Made by a program: the position numbers and the translations under genes | The notes under the pieces: model-generated | Told to the model about the DNA's origin: nothing | Seen by the model: the letters and a program-made list of their open reading frames with translations, nothing else | Database searches by the model: none | Part shown: positions 42,669 to 52,831 of the stretch, one piece after another | How the letters are laid out: each line of letters opens with the position of its first letter | Position numbering within the stretch: position 1 is the first letter of the stretch | Source of the DNA: Actinomycetota bacterium | GTDB taxonomy: Bacteria > Actinomycetota > Actinomycetes > Nanopelagicales > Nanopelagicaceae | DNA length: 64,000 bases | Direction of reading: 5' to 3' | NCBI GenBank assembly: GCA_009700405.1 | Contig: WLMD01000001.1 | Span: 221 to 64,220 of the forward strand

Positions 42669-43756
42669 TACGATGCGGCCTTTTCAACGTTGGCTAGAAG
42701 TTCGTTCCATGCTTGCTCAAATTTCAGTACACCATCTACTTCAAGTTCATGCGTGATGACAGGCAATGAGATTCCCAACTTGCTTAAGGATGCAATCGTT
42801 TCGGCCGCCTCGGAATATCGAGTGGTGAGTTCGACAGGATGCAGAGAACCATGGTCAACGAGTGCATCCAAAGTTGCCTGGGGCATCGTGTTAACAGTAT
42901 TAGGGGCAACTAATTCCACTACATACCGAGTGTCCAAATAATCAGGATCCTTTACTCCCGTTGAGGCCCAGAGCAACCTTTGCATGCGAGCGCCTTGGGA
43001 CTGAAGTTCGCGCCAGCGTTGTGAATCTAATTTTCCTTCATAAAGTTCATAGGCAAGTACTGCGTTAGCGATTGCGGCTTTGCCCAATAGATTCTTCGCA
43101 GTGGGGGATTCATGGCTTTTAATAAGAGCATCAATTGCAGTGTCAATACGACTTACGAAAAGCGAAGCGACCGAGGTCACGTTCGCAATCTCTTTGCCCG
43201 CGGCTAAACGAGCTTCAAGTCCAGCCATGAAAGCATCAACGACCTGGCCATAGCGCTCGGCTGAAAAGATTAGCGTCACATTTACGCTGACACCTTCAGC
43301 AATCAGGGCGGTAATTGCGGGCAATCCTTCAAGTGTCGCAGGGACTTTGATCATTACATTGGGGCGATCAACTATCTTCCAGAGTTCTAACCCTTCAGCG
43401 ACTGTCACCTGAGTTTGGTGTGCTGATCTTGGATCAACTTCTATTGAGACTCGGCCATCAATTCCTTGAGATTGAGTGTAAATTGGCAAGAAAAGATCGC
43501 ATGCCTGTCGAACATCATCAGTCGTTAACTTCTTAACTATTTCCTCAGAGGATTGCCCGCGCATTGAAGCGATGTCTGCAGAGTATTCACTTCCCTTTGA
43601 GATGGCGGCATTGAAAATACTGGGGTTGGTAGTTACTCCAACCACGCCACAGAGCGCGATTCGTTGAGGGAGAGAGTGCGAATCAGTACCAGAAATCTTG
43701 CTCCGAGAAAGATCATCGAGCCAGATAGATGTACCGCCACTGGCAATGTCAATCAC
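42668..43756 (-). CDS. tal: Transaldolase (long actinobacterial type)
   Basis: TTNPSIF and IKVPAT (Schiff-base Lys). GTGA overlap with the tkt stop. Confidence 0.9.
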   Translation of the reverse strand: MIDIASGGTSIWLDDLSRSKISGTDSHSLPQRIALCGVVGVTTNPSIFNAAISKGSEYSADIASMRGQSSEEIVKKLTTDDVRQACDLFLPIYTQSQGIDGRVSIEVDPRSAHQTQVTVAEGLELWKIVDRPNVMIKVPATLEGLPAITALIAEGVSVNVTLIFSAERYGQVVDAFMAGLEARLAAGKEIANVTSVASLFVSRIDTAIDALIKSHESPTAKNLLGKAAIANAVLAYELYEGKLDSQRWRELQSQGARMQRLLWASTGVKDPDYLDTRYVVELVAPNTVNTMPQATLDALVDHGSLHPVELTTRYSEAAETIASLSKLGISLPVITHELEVDGVLKFEQAWNELLANVEKAAS

Positions 43757-45807
43757 GACAGGAGTCGCTTAACTTCCGAAACAATTGCTTGGGCAGTGAA
43801 TCCGAACTCCTTAAACAACACTGACGCGGAGGCGGAGGCGCCGAAATGCTCAATTGAAATTGATGAACCTTTATCTCCGACGAGGTCCCTCCAACCCATA
43901 GCAATTCCCGCTTCAATACTTACACGAGTAGGGACCGAGGCTGGAATTACAGTTTCGCGATAATCTGGAGATTGTTCTGCGAACCACTCAAGACAAGGCG
44001 CGCTAACTACGCGAGTTGGAACTCCTTCTGCTTCTAATATCTCTTGAGCGCTCATCGCTAATGAAACTTCAGACCCGGTAGCAATGAGAATTGCCGAGGG
44101 CTTACTGCTTGCTTCTTTGAGAATGTAGGCACCTTTAGCAACGCCTTCTGCGCTAGAAGCGATAGTGCGATCAAAGACAGGCAAGTTTTGCCGTGAAAGC
44201 AAAATTGCAGAAGGAAGATCGCGAAGAAGAATTTCACGCCAAGCGATTGCAACTTCATTTGCATCGGCAGGACGGATGACTGCAAGTCCAGGAATGGCAC
44301 GAAGCGCTGCTATGTGTTCAACTGGTTGATGAGTAGGACCATCCTCGCCAAGCCCGATGGAATCATGACTCCACACAAAAGTCACGCCAAGTTTCATGAG
44401 AGAGGCAAGACGTGCTGATGGGCGCATGTAATCGCTGAAGACTAAGAAAGTACCTGCGAAAGTTCTTGTTAGGCCGTGCAATGTAATTCCGTTAAGGATA
44501 GATCCCATTGCATGTTCACGGATTCCAAAGTGAACAATCCGGCCGTAAGGATTGGCATTAACCATTTCGCTAGAAGCGGGCAAGAACGATCCGCCGCCTT
44601 CGATAGTCGTGTTATTGCTTTCGGCTAGGTCTGCAGAGCCACCCCAAAATTCTGGAAGGATTTCAGAGATCTTCATGATGACATCGCCTGAGGCTTTGCG
44701 CGTGGAAACATCTTTACCAGCGGGGAATTCTGGAATCGATTCTTGCCATCCTTGGGGAAGTGATCTATCGCGTAGACGGGCAAGAAGTTGTGCTCGATCT
44801 GGATTGGTGCGCTCCCATTGAGCAAATGATTCATTCCATTGAACGCGTCCAGCAGCGCCGCGAACTTTTACTTGACGTACATGCTGTAAAACTTCCTCTG
44901 GCATTGCAAAATGTTCTTCAGGGTTAAGTCCTAAAACTTTCTTGGTTTCGGCAATCTCTTTCTCGCCTAGCGCCGATCCGTGTGACTTGGAAGTTCCCTT
45001 TGCTGTTGGTGCGGGCCATGCAATAACAGTCTTCAATCTAATGAGAGTTGGTTTAAGCATCTGGGAATTAGCTTGAATGATTGCTTTTTCAAGGTTGGCA
45101 CGATCAACATTTCCATCTGGCAGAGTGGAGACTTCTAGAACTTCCCATCCATATGCCCGATAGCGTCCAGAAACATCTTCGGTAAAAGCTGCGTGCGTGT
45201 CACCTTCAATGGATATGCGGTTATCGTCGTAAATCATGTTGAGAAGACCTAATTGTTGAGTGCCCGCTAGAGAGGACGCTTCAGCACTTACACCTTCTTG
45301 AAGATCACCATCGGAGCAAATAACCCAAATGCGGTGATCAAAAATACTCTGACCCAATGCAGCATCAGGATCGAGAAGTCCTTTTTCGTAGCGTGCAGCC
45401 ATTGCCATACCGACTGCATTGGCAACACCTGCACCCAGTGGGCCAGTTGTTGTCTCTACTCCTGCGGTGTGACCATACTCGGGATGTCCCGGAGTTAGCG
45501 CACCCCATGTGCGAAATTCCTGCAAATCTGAAAGTTCAACACCATAGCCACTAAAGAAAAGTTGAGTGTATAAAGTCATTGAAGAATGGCCGCACGAAAG
45601 TATGAAGCGATCTCGACCAAGCCATTGCGGGTCTGATGGGTCATGAACGAGATGGCGCTGAAAGAGTGAGTATGCAACTGGCGCTAAGGACATTGCTGTG
45701 CCGGGATGTCCGTTTCCAACTTTCTGGACAGCATCCATGGCGAGTGCGCGCGCATAGGCAACTGCGCGATCATCTAATTCGCTCCAGGCTGGAAGTGAAC
45801 GTGTCAT
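43753..45807 (-). CDS. tkt: Transketolase
   Basis: GNGHPG, SDGDLQEG and HFGIREHAM. The ATG at 45807 (MTRSLPAWSELDDRAV) forms an ATGA overlap with the ctaA stop. The track start at 45858 lies inside ctaA. Confidence 0.92.
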   Translation of the reverse strand: MTRSLPAWSELDDRAVAYARALAMDAVQKVGNGHPGTAMSLAPVAYSLFQRHLVHDPSDPQWLGRDRFILSCGHSSMTLYTQLFFSGYGVELSDLQEFRTWGALTPGHPEYGHTAGVETTTGPLGAGVANAVGMAMAARYEKGLLDPDAALGQSIFDHRIWVICSDGDLQEGVSAEASSLAGTQQLGLLNMIYDDNRISIEGDTHAAFTEDVSGRYRAYGWEVLEVSTLPDGNVDRANLEKAIIQANSQMLKPTLIRLKTVIAWPAPTAKGTSKSHGSALGEKEIAETKKVLGLNPEEHFAMPEEVLQHVRQVKVRGAAGRVQWNESFAQWERTNPDRAQLLARLRDRSLPQGWQESIPEFPAGKDVSTRKASGDVIMKISEILPEFWGGSADLAESNNTTIEGGGSFLPASSEMVNANPYGRIVHFGIREHAMGSILNGITLHGLTRTFAGTFLVFSDYMRPSARLASLMKLGVTFVWSHDSIGLGEDGPTHQPVEHIAALRAIPGLAVIRPADANEVAIAWREILLRDLPSAILLSRQNLPVFDRTIASSAEGVAKGAYILKEASSKPSAILIATGSEVSLAMSAQEILEAEGVPTRVVSAPCLEWFAEQSPDYRETVIPASVPTRVSIEAGIAMGWRDLVGDKGSSISIEHFGASASASVLFKEFGFTAQAIVSEVKRLLS

Positions 45808-46676
45808 CGCAATTTTCCGATCTGAGCAGCTAGGTGGATGCGCCAGGCGCTGATCCATACGAGGGTGACTCCAAGTAAATGCATGCCAACAAGTAATTCG
45901 GGAAGACCTTGGTAGTACTGCGCAAAACCAATCGCGCCTTGCGCTAGCGCTGCCACGATAAATATCTTTATGCGTTTTCTCAGAAGAGAGTCATTACATG
46001 AGAAGAAGAGTGCGACTGTTACAACCATTAAAGCAATAACCAGCCCTGCATGTAACCATGCGACGCGATCGATACTTATGTTAAACCGTGGAGCGGAGAT
46101 GTCACCAGCGTTAGGACCGCTTCCGGTAACAACTGTTCCTACGATTATTACTAGGGCGCTTAAAATGATATGAATTCGGGCTAAGAGGAAATTCTTCATC
46201 TCGATGGCGCGAGAAGTTACAGCGTTGATGTGCCTGCGTTCAAAAAGCGTAGTTCCCGCTGCTATGAGTGCAATGGAAAGAAGGAAGTGTCCTGCTACAG
46301 GAATTGGATTGAGATGAGTAAGAACTGTAATTCCACCCAGGGGTATTTGAGCGATGATTCCAAGAAGCTGCCAGATTCCCAAAGTTCTAATATCTTTGCG
46401 TTTCAATCGTACGATTGCCACGATAACTGCAATTGATGCAGCGATCAGTGCGAAAGTGAGAAGTCGATTACCAAATTCAATCCATGAATGGAAAACACCT
46501 TGAGCCTGATGAGGTACGGGGGCAATTGATCCATGCGTACATTCTGGCCACGTTGGACATCCCAATCCTGAGCCAGTGAGGCGAACCGCGCCGCCAGTGA
46601 CGACAATCCCTGCCTGAAGAACAAGGAGTAGTCCGATAAGTGGGGATAGTGCGCGCTCAAGTCGGCTTCTCATCAT
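45804..46676 (-). CDS. ctaA: Heme A synthase (COX15/CtaA family)
   Basis: GGAVRLTGSGLGCPTWPEC cysteine pair and 8-TM-like profile with conserved His residues. Start at MMRSRLERAL (46676). The 86-aa Arg/Pro-rich extension in the track (to 46934) runs into sufR and is implausible. Confidence 0.78.
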   Translation of the reverse strand: MMRSRLERALSPLIGLLLVLQAGIVVTGGAVRLTGSGLGCPTWPECTHGSIAPVPHQAQGVFHSWIEFGNRLLTFALIAASIAVIVAIVRLKRKDIRTLGIWQLLGIIAQIPLGGITVLTHLNPIPVAGHFLLSIALIAAGTTLFERRHINAVTSRAIEMKNFLLARIHIILSALVIIVGTVVTGSGPNAGDISAPRFNISIDRVAWLHAGLVIALMVVTVALFFSCNDSLLRKRIKIFIVAALAQGAIGFAQYYQGLPELLVGMHLLGVTLVWISAWRIHLAAQIGKLR

Positions 46677-46783
46677 GACCCGTAGCCTAGGTCGTAGGCG
46701 CTGAATATGGGGCGATGGCAGGGCTTGTCGAGGTGTGGCACGGCGCACCCGTCTCCAACTGGCGCTAAGAGGCGAATTACGAC

Positions 46784-46798
46784 ACACTTCTGTTGTGA
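46784..46798. promoter_or_regulatory. Candidate SufR operator ACACT-N5-TGTGA (core inverted repeat CACA-N7-TGTG)
   Basis: The sequence at 46784-46798 is ACACTTCTGTTGTGA. It lies in the ctaA/sufR divergent region and overlaps the GTG at 46795. As I recall, it matches the operator motif reported for mycobacterial SufR; this needs verification. Confidence 0.4.
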
Positions 46799-47490
46799 AA
46801 AAGAGTGCAGCCTCCGGAGGTCCTTTAGGGGATGATCCCCGCACCCGGGACCTGGTAGCTCGCTCAATTCTGGAGAATGGGCCAACTACGGCGGTCGTGC
46901 TTGCGGCAAATCTGGGATTAACGCCAGCAGGCATTCGTCGTCATTTAGATGCATTAGTTGCTGATGGAGCCCTTGAAGCTCGGGAGCCCCATTCGGCAAT
47001 AAGCCGGGGTCGCGGACGACCTTCCAAAGTATTCGTGATGACCGATGGCGGACGAGAAAAATTTGAACATAGTTATGACGACTTGGCAGTAGCCGCTCTT
47101 AAATTCCTAGCGTCGGCAATGGGGGATTCTGCACTTGCCGATTTTGCGAAATCTCGCGCGGATGAAATTGAGCGAATGCTTTTGCCCGTCATTTCTGGCT
47201 CACAAGAAGGTGCTCAAGTAGATGCGCTGGCGCGAGTTTTGACCGATGAAGGATATGCCGCAAATGTTCTCGCCCGTGAAAACGGAGATGAGCTTTGCCA
47301 ACATCATTGTCCTATTGCACACGTAGCCGCACAATTTCCGCAGTTGTGTGAAGCCGAGACTGAAGCATTCTCTCGATTGCTTGGTACGCATGTTCAACGA
47401 TTAGCAACCATCGCACATGGTGACGGCGTGTGCACAACTTACATTCCACGTATTTCTAAAACGCTCGTGTCATCAACCGGAGGGAAATAA
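46795..47490 (+). CDS. sufR: SufR-type ArsR/DeoR-like transcriptional regulator of the suf operon
   Basis: wHTH region ([23 protein letters not shown]) and C-terminal cysteines ([10 protein letters not shown]...LCEAE) suitable for an Fe-S cluster. Start is uncertain: GTG at 46795 is preferred because the operator-like site precedes and overlaps it. The alternative is GTG at 46735, as in the ORF track. Confidence 0.8.
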   Translation: MKKSAASGGPLGDDPRTRDLVARSILENGPTTAVVLAANLGLTPAGIRRHLDALVADGALEAREPHSAISRGRGRPSKVFVMTDGGREKFEHSYDDLAVAALKFLASAMGDSALADFAKSRADEIERMLLPVISGSQEGAQVDALARVLTDEGYAANVLARENGDELCQHHCPIAHVAAQFPQLCEAETEAFSRLLGTHVQRLATIAHGDGVCTTYIPRISKTLVSSTGGK

Positions 47491-48899
47491 TGACAATCGC
47501 ACATCCAGAACTAGAGGGATTAGGTAACTACGAATACGGTTGGTCTGATACCGACACAGCCGGCGCCAACTCTCGACGTGGACTCAACGAAGATGTTGTT
47601 CGCGACATATCGTCTAAGAAGTCTGAACCGCAATGGATGCTCGATCTTCGCCTTAAAGGTTTGGCGCTATTTGATAAGAAGCCAATGCCAACGTGGGGAT
47701 CTGACCTATCTGGGATCTTCTTCGACACTATTAAATATTTCGTTCGCTCTACAGAGAAGCAAGCGACAACGTGGGAAGAACTGCCTGAAGAGATTAAGAA
47801 CACCTATGACCGCTTGGGTATACCTGAAGCAGAGAAACAGCGTTTAGTTTCTGGAGTTGCCGCGCAATACGAGTCAGAGGTTGTTTATCACTCTATTCGT
47901 GAAGATCTGGAGAAGCAGGGTGTAATTTTCCTTGACACCGATTCAGGCTTAAAACAACATCCTGAACTCTTTAAGGAATATTTTGGATCGGTTATCCCTG
48001 TTGGAGATAACAAGTTCGCTGCACTCAATACTTCCGTCTGGTCTGGTGGCTCTTTCATCTATGTGCCTAAAGGTGTTCATGTGGATATTCCACTGCAAGC
48101 CTATTTCCGTATCAACACGGAAAACATGGGCCAGTTTGAACGTACATTGATTATCGCTGATGAAGATTCATACATTCATTATGTTGAAGGTTGCACCGCT
48201 CCAATTTACAAATCTGACTCTTTGCACTCTGCAGTTGTAGAAATTATTGTTAAAAAGGGTGCACGAGTTCGTTACACGACCATTCAAAATTGGTCTAACA
48301 ACGTTTATAACCTAGTAACTAAGCGCGCTACATGTGCCGAAGGTGCAACGATGGAATGGATTGACGGAAACATTGGTTCCAAAGTGACCATGAAGTATCC
48401 AGCAGTTTTCTTAATGGGACCTCACGCAAAGGGCGAGACACTTTCAATCGCTTTTGCAGGGGAGGGACAACATCAAGATGCAGGAGCAAAGATGGTTCAC
48501 GCTGCTCCATATACATCTTCGACAATTATCTCAAAATCTGTTGCTCGAGGTGGAGGAAGAACTTCATATCGCGGCTTGGTCCAAATCCAGGAAGGTGCTC
48601 ACCATTCAAAGAGCACCGTGAAATGTGATGCTCTTCTGGTCGATACGATTTCACGTTCGGATACATATCCTTATGTTGATATTCGCGAAGATGATGTGTC
48701 GATGGGTCACGAAGCTACGGTGTCAAAGATTAGCGATGATCAACTCTTCTATTTGATGTCACGCGGATTAAAAGAAGACGAAGCAATGGCAATGATCGTT
48801 CGAGGATTCATCGAACCTATCGCTCGCGAATTGCCGATGGAGTACGCACTCGAACTCAATCGCCTCATCGAACTCCAAATGGAAGGTGCGGTTGGTTAA
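47490..48899 (+). CDS. sufB: Fe-S cluster assembly protein SufB (no intein)
   Basis: 469 aa with conserved SufB C-terminal beta-helix motifs ([22 protein letters not shown]). TAATG overlap with sufR. Confidence 0.95.
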   Translation: MTIAHPELEGLGNYEYGWSDTDTAGANSRRGLNEDVVRDISSKKSEPQWMLDLRLKGLALFDKKPMPTWGSDLSGIFFDTIKYFVRSTEKQATTWEELPEEIKNTYDRLGIPEAEKQRLVSGVAAQYESEVVYHSIREDLEKQGVIFLDTDSGLKQHPELFKEYFGSVIPVGDNKFAALNTSVWSGGSFIYVPKGVHVDIPLQAYFRINTENMGQFERTLIIADEDSYIHYVEGCTAPIYKSDSLHSAVVEIIVKKGARVRYTTIQNWSNNVYNLVTKRATCAEGATMEWIDGNIGSKVTMKYPAVFLMGPHAKGETLSIAFAGEGQHQDAGAKMVHAAPYTSSTIISKSVARGGGRTSYRGLVQIQEGAHHSKSTVKCDALLVDTISRSDTYPYVDIREDDVSMGHEATVSKISDDQLFYLMSRGLKEDEAMAMIVRGFIEPIARELPMEYALELNRLIELQMEGAVG

Positions 48900-49990
48900 T
48901 GTCAGTTCTTGCTACTAACTATCTCACTCCCACAGGACGCGAAGAGGCATGGAGATTTACACCTCTTAGCCGATTAGCAGGGTTGCATGACGGGACATCA
49001 GTTATAAGTTCCGTTGAGTCGCTTATTGCTAGAGACGCACTACCCGCTGGCGTCACTGCAAGTAGGATTTCTCGCGAACTTGTCTCTTCGGCATCCCAGT
49101 CAGATGATGTCATTGTTCAGCGAGTTCATGCAGAAGCCGAAACAATGTTTCATCTTCAGATTGCTGCTTCGACTGAGTTGTCAGAACCGATTCATCTCAA
49201 ACGAAAGCAAATGCAGGTTGGGCAAGTAGAGCTATCGAGGGTTCGAATTACTGTAGGCCAAGGTGCTCGCGCTACCGTTATCGTCGAAAATGATGGAGAA
49301 GTAATTCTTGGTGAAGATATCGAGATTATTCTTGAACAGAACTCTTATTTGAAGTTTGTCACTCTTCAAGAATGGTCTGCTCACTCGGTTTATGCCGCCC
49401 GCCATCATGCAATCATCGATCGAGATGCAACGTTTGAATCTGTAACAGTGACAGTCGGCGGATCACTCGTAAGAATTTTGCCTACTGTTGAATTCAAGGC
49501 TCCTGGCTCAAGCGCCGAGCTGTTGGGTGTTTATTTCGCAACTGCTGGTCAGCATTTCGAACATCGAATTCATGTAGACCACGCAGTGCCGAAGGCAAAG
49601 TCACGAGTCAATTACAAAGGCGCACTATCGGGCAACGAAGCTCACACAGTATGGATTGGGGATGTTCTCATCCGTGCTGCTGCCGAAGGAACTGATACAT
49701 ATGAGCTCAATAGGAATCTTCTTTTGAGCGATGGAGCAAGAGCAGATTCAGTTCCAAACTTAGAGATTGAAACAGGCGAAATCGTTGGTGCGGGCCACGC
49801 AAGCACAACTGGACGTTTCGATGATGAACAGTTGTTCTACCTCATGTCTCGTGGAGTACCAATGGATGAGGCACGTCGCTTGGTGGTTCGTGGTTTCTTT
49901 GCCGAGATCATCTCCCACGTAAACGATGAAGCAATTCAAGAGCGATTGATGGTCGGAATCGACGGCGAATTAGCAAAGGTTGGGGAGTAG
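48899..49990 (+). CDS. sufD: Fe-S cluster assembly protein SufD
   Basis: SufBD-family C-terminus ([22 protein letters not shown]). TAATG overlap with sufB. Confidence 0.9.
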   Translation: MSVLATNYLTPTGREEAWRFTPLSRLAGLHDGTSVISSVESLIARDALPAGVTASRISRELVSSASQSDDVIVQRVHAEAETMFHLQIAASTELSEPIHLKRKQMQVGQVELSRVRITVGQGARATVIVENDGEVILGEDIEIILEQNSYLKFVTLQEWSAHSVYAARHHAIIDRDATFESVTVTVGGSLVRILPTVEFKAPGSSAELLGVYFATAGQHFEHRIHVDHAVPKAKSRVNYKGALSGNEAHTVWIGDVLIRAAAEGTDTYELNRNLLLSDGARADSVPNLEIETGEIVGAGHASTTGRFDDEQLFYLMSRGVPMDEARRLVVRGFFAEIISHVNDEAIQERLMVGIDGELAKVGE

Positions 49991-49993
49991 TTC

Positions 49994-50290
49994 ATGTCTG
50001 ATTTGAATCTTTCTCAACTCGTGCCAAATAAGCCATTTCGCTTGGAAAAATCAGGCAAGGCCATATGTGTTGTACGAGTTGGTCAAGAAGTTTTTGCAGT
50101 AGATGACACATGCTCACACTCAGACGCATCTCTTGCTGAAGGCGACGTAGAAGATTTCCAGATTGAATGTTGGCTGCATGGTGCCGCATTTGATTTGCGT
50201 TCAGGTGAGGCGACTTCAATGCCGGCGACTCAAAGCATCAAGACATACACAGTAAATGTTGACGCAGATTCCGTCACAATCGAGATTTAG
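49994..50290 (+). CDS. Rieske [2Fe-2S] ferredoxin-like protein embedded in the suf operon
   Basis: CSH (C-x-H) followed by CWLHG (C-x-x-H), the Rieske ligand pattern. 98 aa. Confidence 0.85.
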   Translation: MSDLNLSQLVPNKPFRLEKSGKAICVVRVGQEVFAVDDTCSHSDASLAEGDVEDFQIECWLHGAAFDLRSGEATSMPATQSIKTYTVNVDADSVTIEI

Positions 50291-50313
50291 TTACTAACCC
50301 GAAAGAGGAGAAG

Positions 50314-51066
50314 ATGAGCACACTTAATATCCGAGGCCTAGAAGTATCTGTCATAACAGAGAAGGGCCCTATCGAGATTTTGCGCGGGGTAGACCTGACA
50401 ATTTCATCAGGTGAAACGCACGCAATCATGGGTCCAAATGGATCTGGTAAATCTACTTTGGCATATTCCATCGCAGGACATCCCAAGTACACAATCACTG
50501 GAGGCAGTGTCACGCTGGACGGGGCGAATGTTTTGGAGATGACGGTCGATGAAAGAGCTCGCGCTGGTCTTTTCCTTGCGATGCAATATCCAGTTGAAGT
50601 ACCTGGAGTTTCTGTATCCAACTTCTTGCGGACTGCAGCAACGGCAATCCGAGGAGAAGCGCCGAAATTGCGTACATGGGTTGGCGAAGTTAAAGAGGCA
50701 ATGACCGCTTTAAATATGGACCCAGCTTTTTCTGAGCGAAATGTTAATGAAGGCTTTTCAGGCGGCGAGAAGAAGCGCCACGAAATCATGCAGCTGGAAT
50801 TGCTTAAACCGAAGATTGCTATTTTGGACGAAACCGATTCTGGTCTAGATGTAGATGCACTCCGAATCGTTTCCGAAGGCGTTGTTCGCGCTAAAGAGGC
50901 AAACAATCTCGGCGTTTTGCTCATTACCCACTACACGAGAATTCTTCGCTATATCAAACCTGATTTTGTTCACGTTTTTGCCAACGGACGTATCGTTGAA
51001 GAAGGCGGGCCAGAATTGGCAGATAAGTTAGAAGAGAAAGGTTATGCAGAGTACGTCGGTGCTTAA
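50314..51066 (+). CDS. sufC: Fe-S cluster assembly ATPase SufC
   Basis: GPNGSGKSTL, FSGGEKKRHEI and LDETDSGLD. Confidence 0.95.
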   Translation: MSTLNIRGLEVSVITEKGPIEILRGVDLTISSGETHAIMGPNGSGKSTLAYSIAGHPKYTITGGSVTLDGANVLEMTVDERARAGLFLAMQYPVEVPGVSVSNFLRTAATAIRGEAPKLRTWVGEVKEAMTALNMDPAFSERNVNEGFSGGEKKRHEIMQLELLKPKIAILDETDSGLDVDALRIVSEGVVRAKEANNLGVLLITHYTRILRYIKPDFVHVFANGRIVEEGGPELADKLEEKGYAEYVGA

Positions 51067-51079
51067 CCGGTAACTCTCC

Positions 51080-52339
51080 ATGTTAATGCCTCTTAACCCT
51101 GTAAAAATTCGGAAGGACTTTCCGATTTTTGAGCGGACGGTGCGAGATGGCAAGAAACTCATCTATTTGGATAGCGGCGCAACGAGTCAGAAACCATTTG
51201 CGGTAATTGACGCGGAAGTGAATTTCTATAAATTTCACAACGCTGCTGTCCATCGTGGAGCTCACCAACTTGCAGAAGAAGCAACCGATGCCTACGAAGG
51301 TGCTCGTGGTCTCGTGGCAGGGTTCATCGGAGCTAGTGTCGATGAAGTGATATTCACCAAAAGCGCCACCGAAAGCATCAACCTCTTGGCATATGCCATG
51401 GGAAATGCGCCACGAGGTAATCGTTTTGCCCTAAGTCCTGGCGATAAAATTGTTGTTACTGAAATGGAACATCATGCCAATCTCATTCCATGGCAAGAGT
51501 TATCTAATCGAACTGGTGCGACCCTAGATTGGTTTCAAGTTAACGATGAGGGACGCTTGGATCTCTCTACATTGCACGCCGTTATTAGTCCTGAAACAAA
51601 AGTCGTAGCAATAACACATCAGTCCAATGTACTTGGAACGATCAATCCTTTAGACGAAATTCTCAAACGAGCACATGAAGTAGGGGCGGTTGTAGTTCTT
51701 GATGCTTGCCAGTCGATTCCGCATCTAGCTGTAGATGTTTCAACCTTGGGAGTTGATTTCCTAGCGTTCTCTGGCCATAAAGCGTTAGGTCCAACTGGAG
51801 TTGGAATCTTGTGGGGCAAAGCAGAACTTCTCGATCAACTTCCACCATTTCTCTATGGCGGGTCAATGATTGAAAGCGTCACCATGACTGAGTCCACGTG
51901 GGCTCCTTCTCCAAGGAAATTTGAAGCGGGAGTTCCAAATATGGCCCAAGCGGTTGGGTTGGGCGCGGCGCTTGAGTATCTTCAAGCAGTGGGTTTGAAT
52001 GCAATTCATAAGCACGAAATTGATTTAACAATGCAATTGATTAACGGTTTGCAGAAAATTGAAGGAGTAAAGATTTTCGGACCCACCAACAATATTATGC
52101 GTGGCGGAACAGTGTCTTTCGCAGTAGATCAGATTCATCCTCACGATTTAGGTCAGTACCTAGATTCGCTGGGTATTGCTGTACGAACTGGGCATCATTG
52201 CGCGTGGCCACTGAATAAGAAACTTGGTGTGGCGGCGACTACTCGTGCCTCTTTCTATCTCTATAACGATTCTGACGAAGTGGAAGCTCTTCTTGATGGA
52301 GTGCTAGGTGCTCAGAAGTACTTTGCGAGGTTTTCATGA
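51080..52339 (+). CDS. sufS: Cysteine desulfurase SufS
   Basis: SGHKALGPTG (PLP Lys) and RTGHHCA (catalytic Cys). Confidence 0.93.
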   Translation: MLMPLNPVKIRKDFPIFERTVRDGKKLIYLDSGATSQKPFAVIDAEVNFYKFHNAAVHRGAHQLAEEATDAYEGARGLVAGFIGASVDEVIFTKSATESINLLAYAMGNAPRGNRFALSPGDKIVVTEMEHHANLIPWQELSNRTGATLDWFQVNDEGRLDLSTLHAVISPETKVVAITHQSNVLGTINPLDEILKRAHEVGAVVVLDACQSIPHLAVDVSTLGVDFLAFSGHKALGPTGVGILWGKAELLDQLPPFLYGGSMIESVTMTESTWAPSPRKFEAGVPNMAQAVGLGAALEYLQAVGLNAIHKHEIDLTMQLINGLQKIEGVKIFGPTNNIMRGGTVSFAVDQIHPHDLGQYLDSLGIAVRTGHHCAWPLNKKLGVAATTRASFYLYNDSDEVEALLDGVLGAQKYFARFS

Positions 52340-52770
52340 ATCTAGATAATATGTATCAAGAAGTTATTTTGGATCATTACAAGCATCCAGAGCATAAAGG
52401 GCTATCTGCTAAAAAAGATGTGCAAGTTCATCACATTAATCCAAGCTGCGGTGATGAGATTACATTGAATCTTTCCATGTCTGGTGACGTGGTAACCGAA
52501 ATAACTTGGGATGGAATCGGTTGCTCGATTAGCATGGCAAGTGTTTCCATGATGTCTGGTCTTTTGACTGGGAAGACTCGTGAAGAGGCGCAAAGTATTC
52601 TTGCAGCATTTCTTGAACTCATGCAGAGTAAGGGAACCGAATCAGGCGATGAAGTTCTCTTAGAAGATGCAGTTGCATTCGCAGGCGTATCGAAGTTTCC
52701 AGCACGCATAAAATGTGCACTGCTGGGTTGGATGGCGTTCAAAGACGCCGCTTTCCAGGTTGTGCATTAA
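52336..52770 (+). CDS. sufU: SufU/IscU-like sulfur-transfer scaffold protein
   Basis: NPSCGD, GCSIS and KCALL cysteines. ATGA overlap with sufS. Confidence 0.9.
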   Translation: MNLDNMYQEVILDHYKHPEHKGLSAKKDVQVHHINPSCGDEITLNLSMSGDVVTEITWDGIGCSISMASVSMMSGLLTGKTREEAQSILAAFLELMQSKGTESGDEVLLEDAVAFAGVSKFPARIKCALLGWMAFKDAAFQVVH

Positions 52771-52831
52771 AGAAAATCTCAGATTATCGCTAGGCTCATC
52801 GGGTTCAATTGATTCGCAAAGGGGAGTAAAG

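Noticed and set aside
46681-46698. CGTAGCCTAGGTCGTAGG (CCTAGG palindrome flanked by CGTAG direct repeats) in the ctaA/sufR divergent region as a second operator.
   Set aside because: The palindrome is imperfect, with only a 6-bp core. I could not relate it to a known regulator, and it is weaker than the ACACT-N5-TGTGA candidate.
50274-50924. Large antisense or alternative-frame ORFs. Examples are the 216-aa ORF opposite sufC, 22889-23326 opposite polA, 13248-13682 opposite gltD, 62659-63123 opposite pheT, 27216-27644, 3047-3463, 57303-57665 and 57394-57768.
   Set aside because: They lie entirely within, or span the junctions of, strongly supported conserved genes. Their composition is low-complexity and Ser/Arg/Pro-rich with no recognisable motifs, so they are shadow ORFs.
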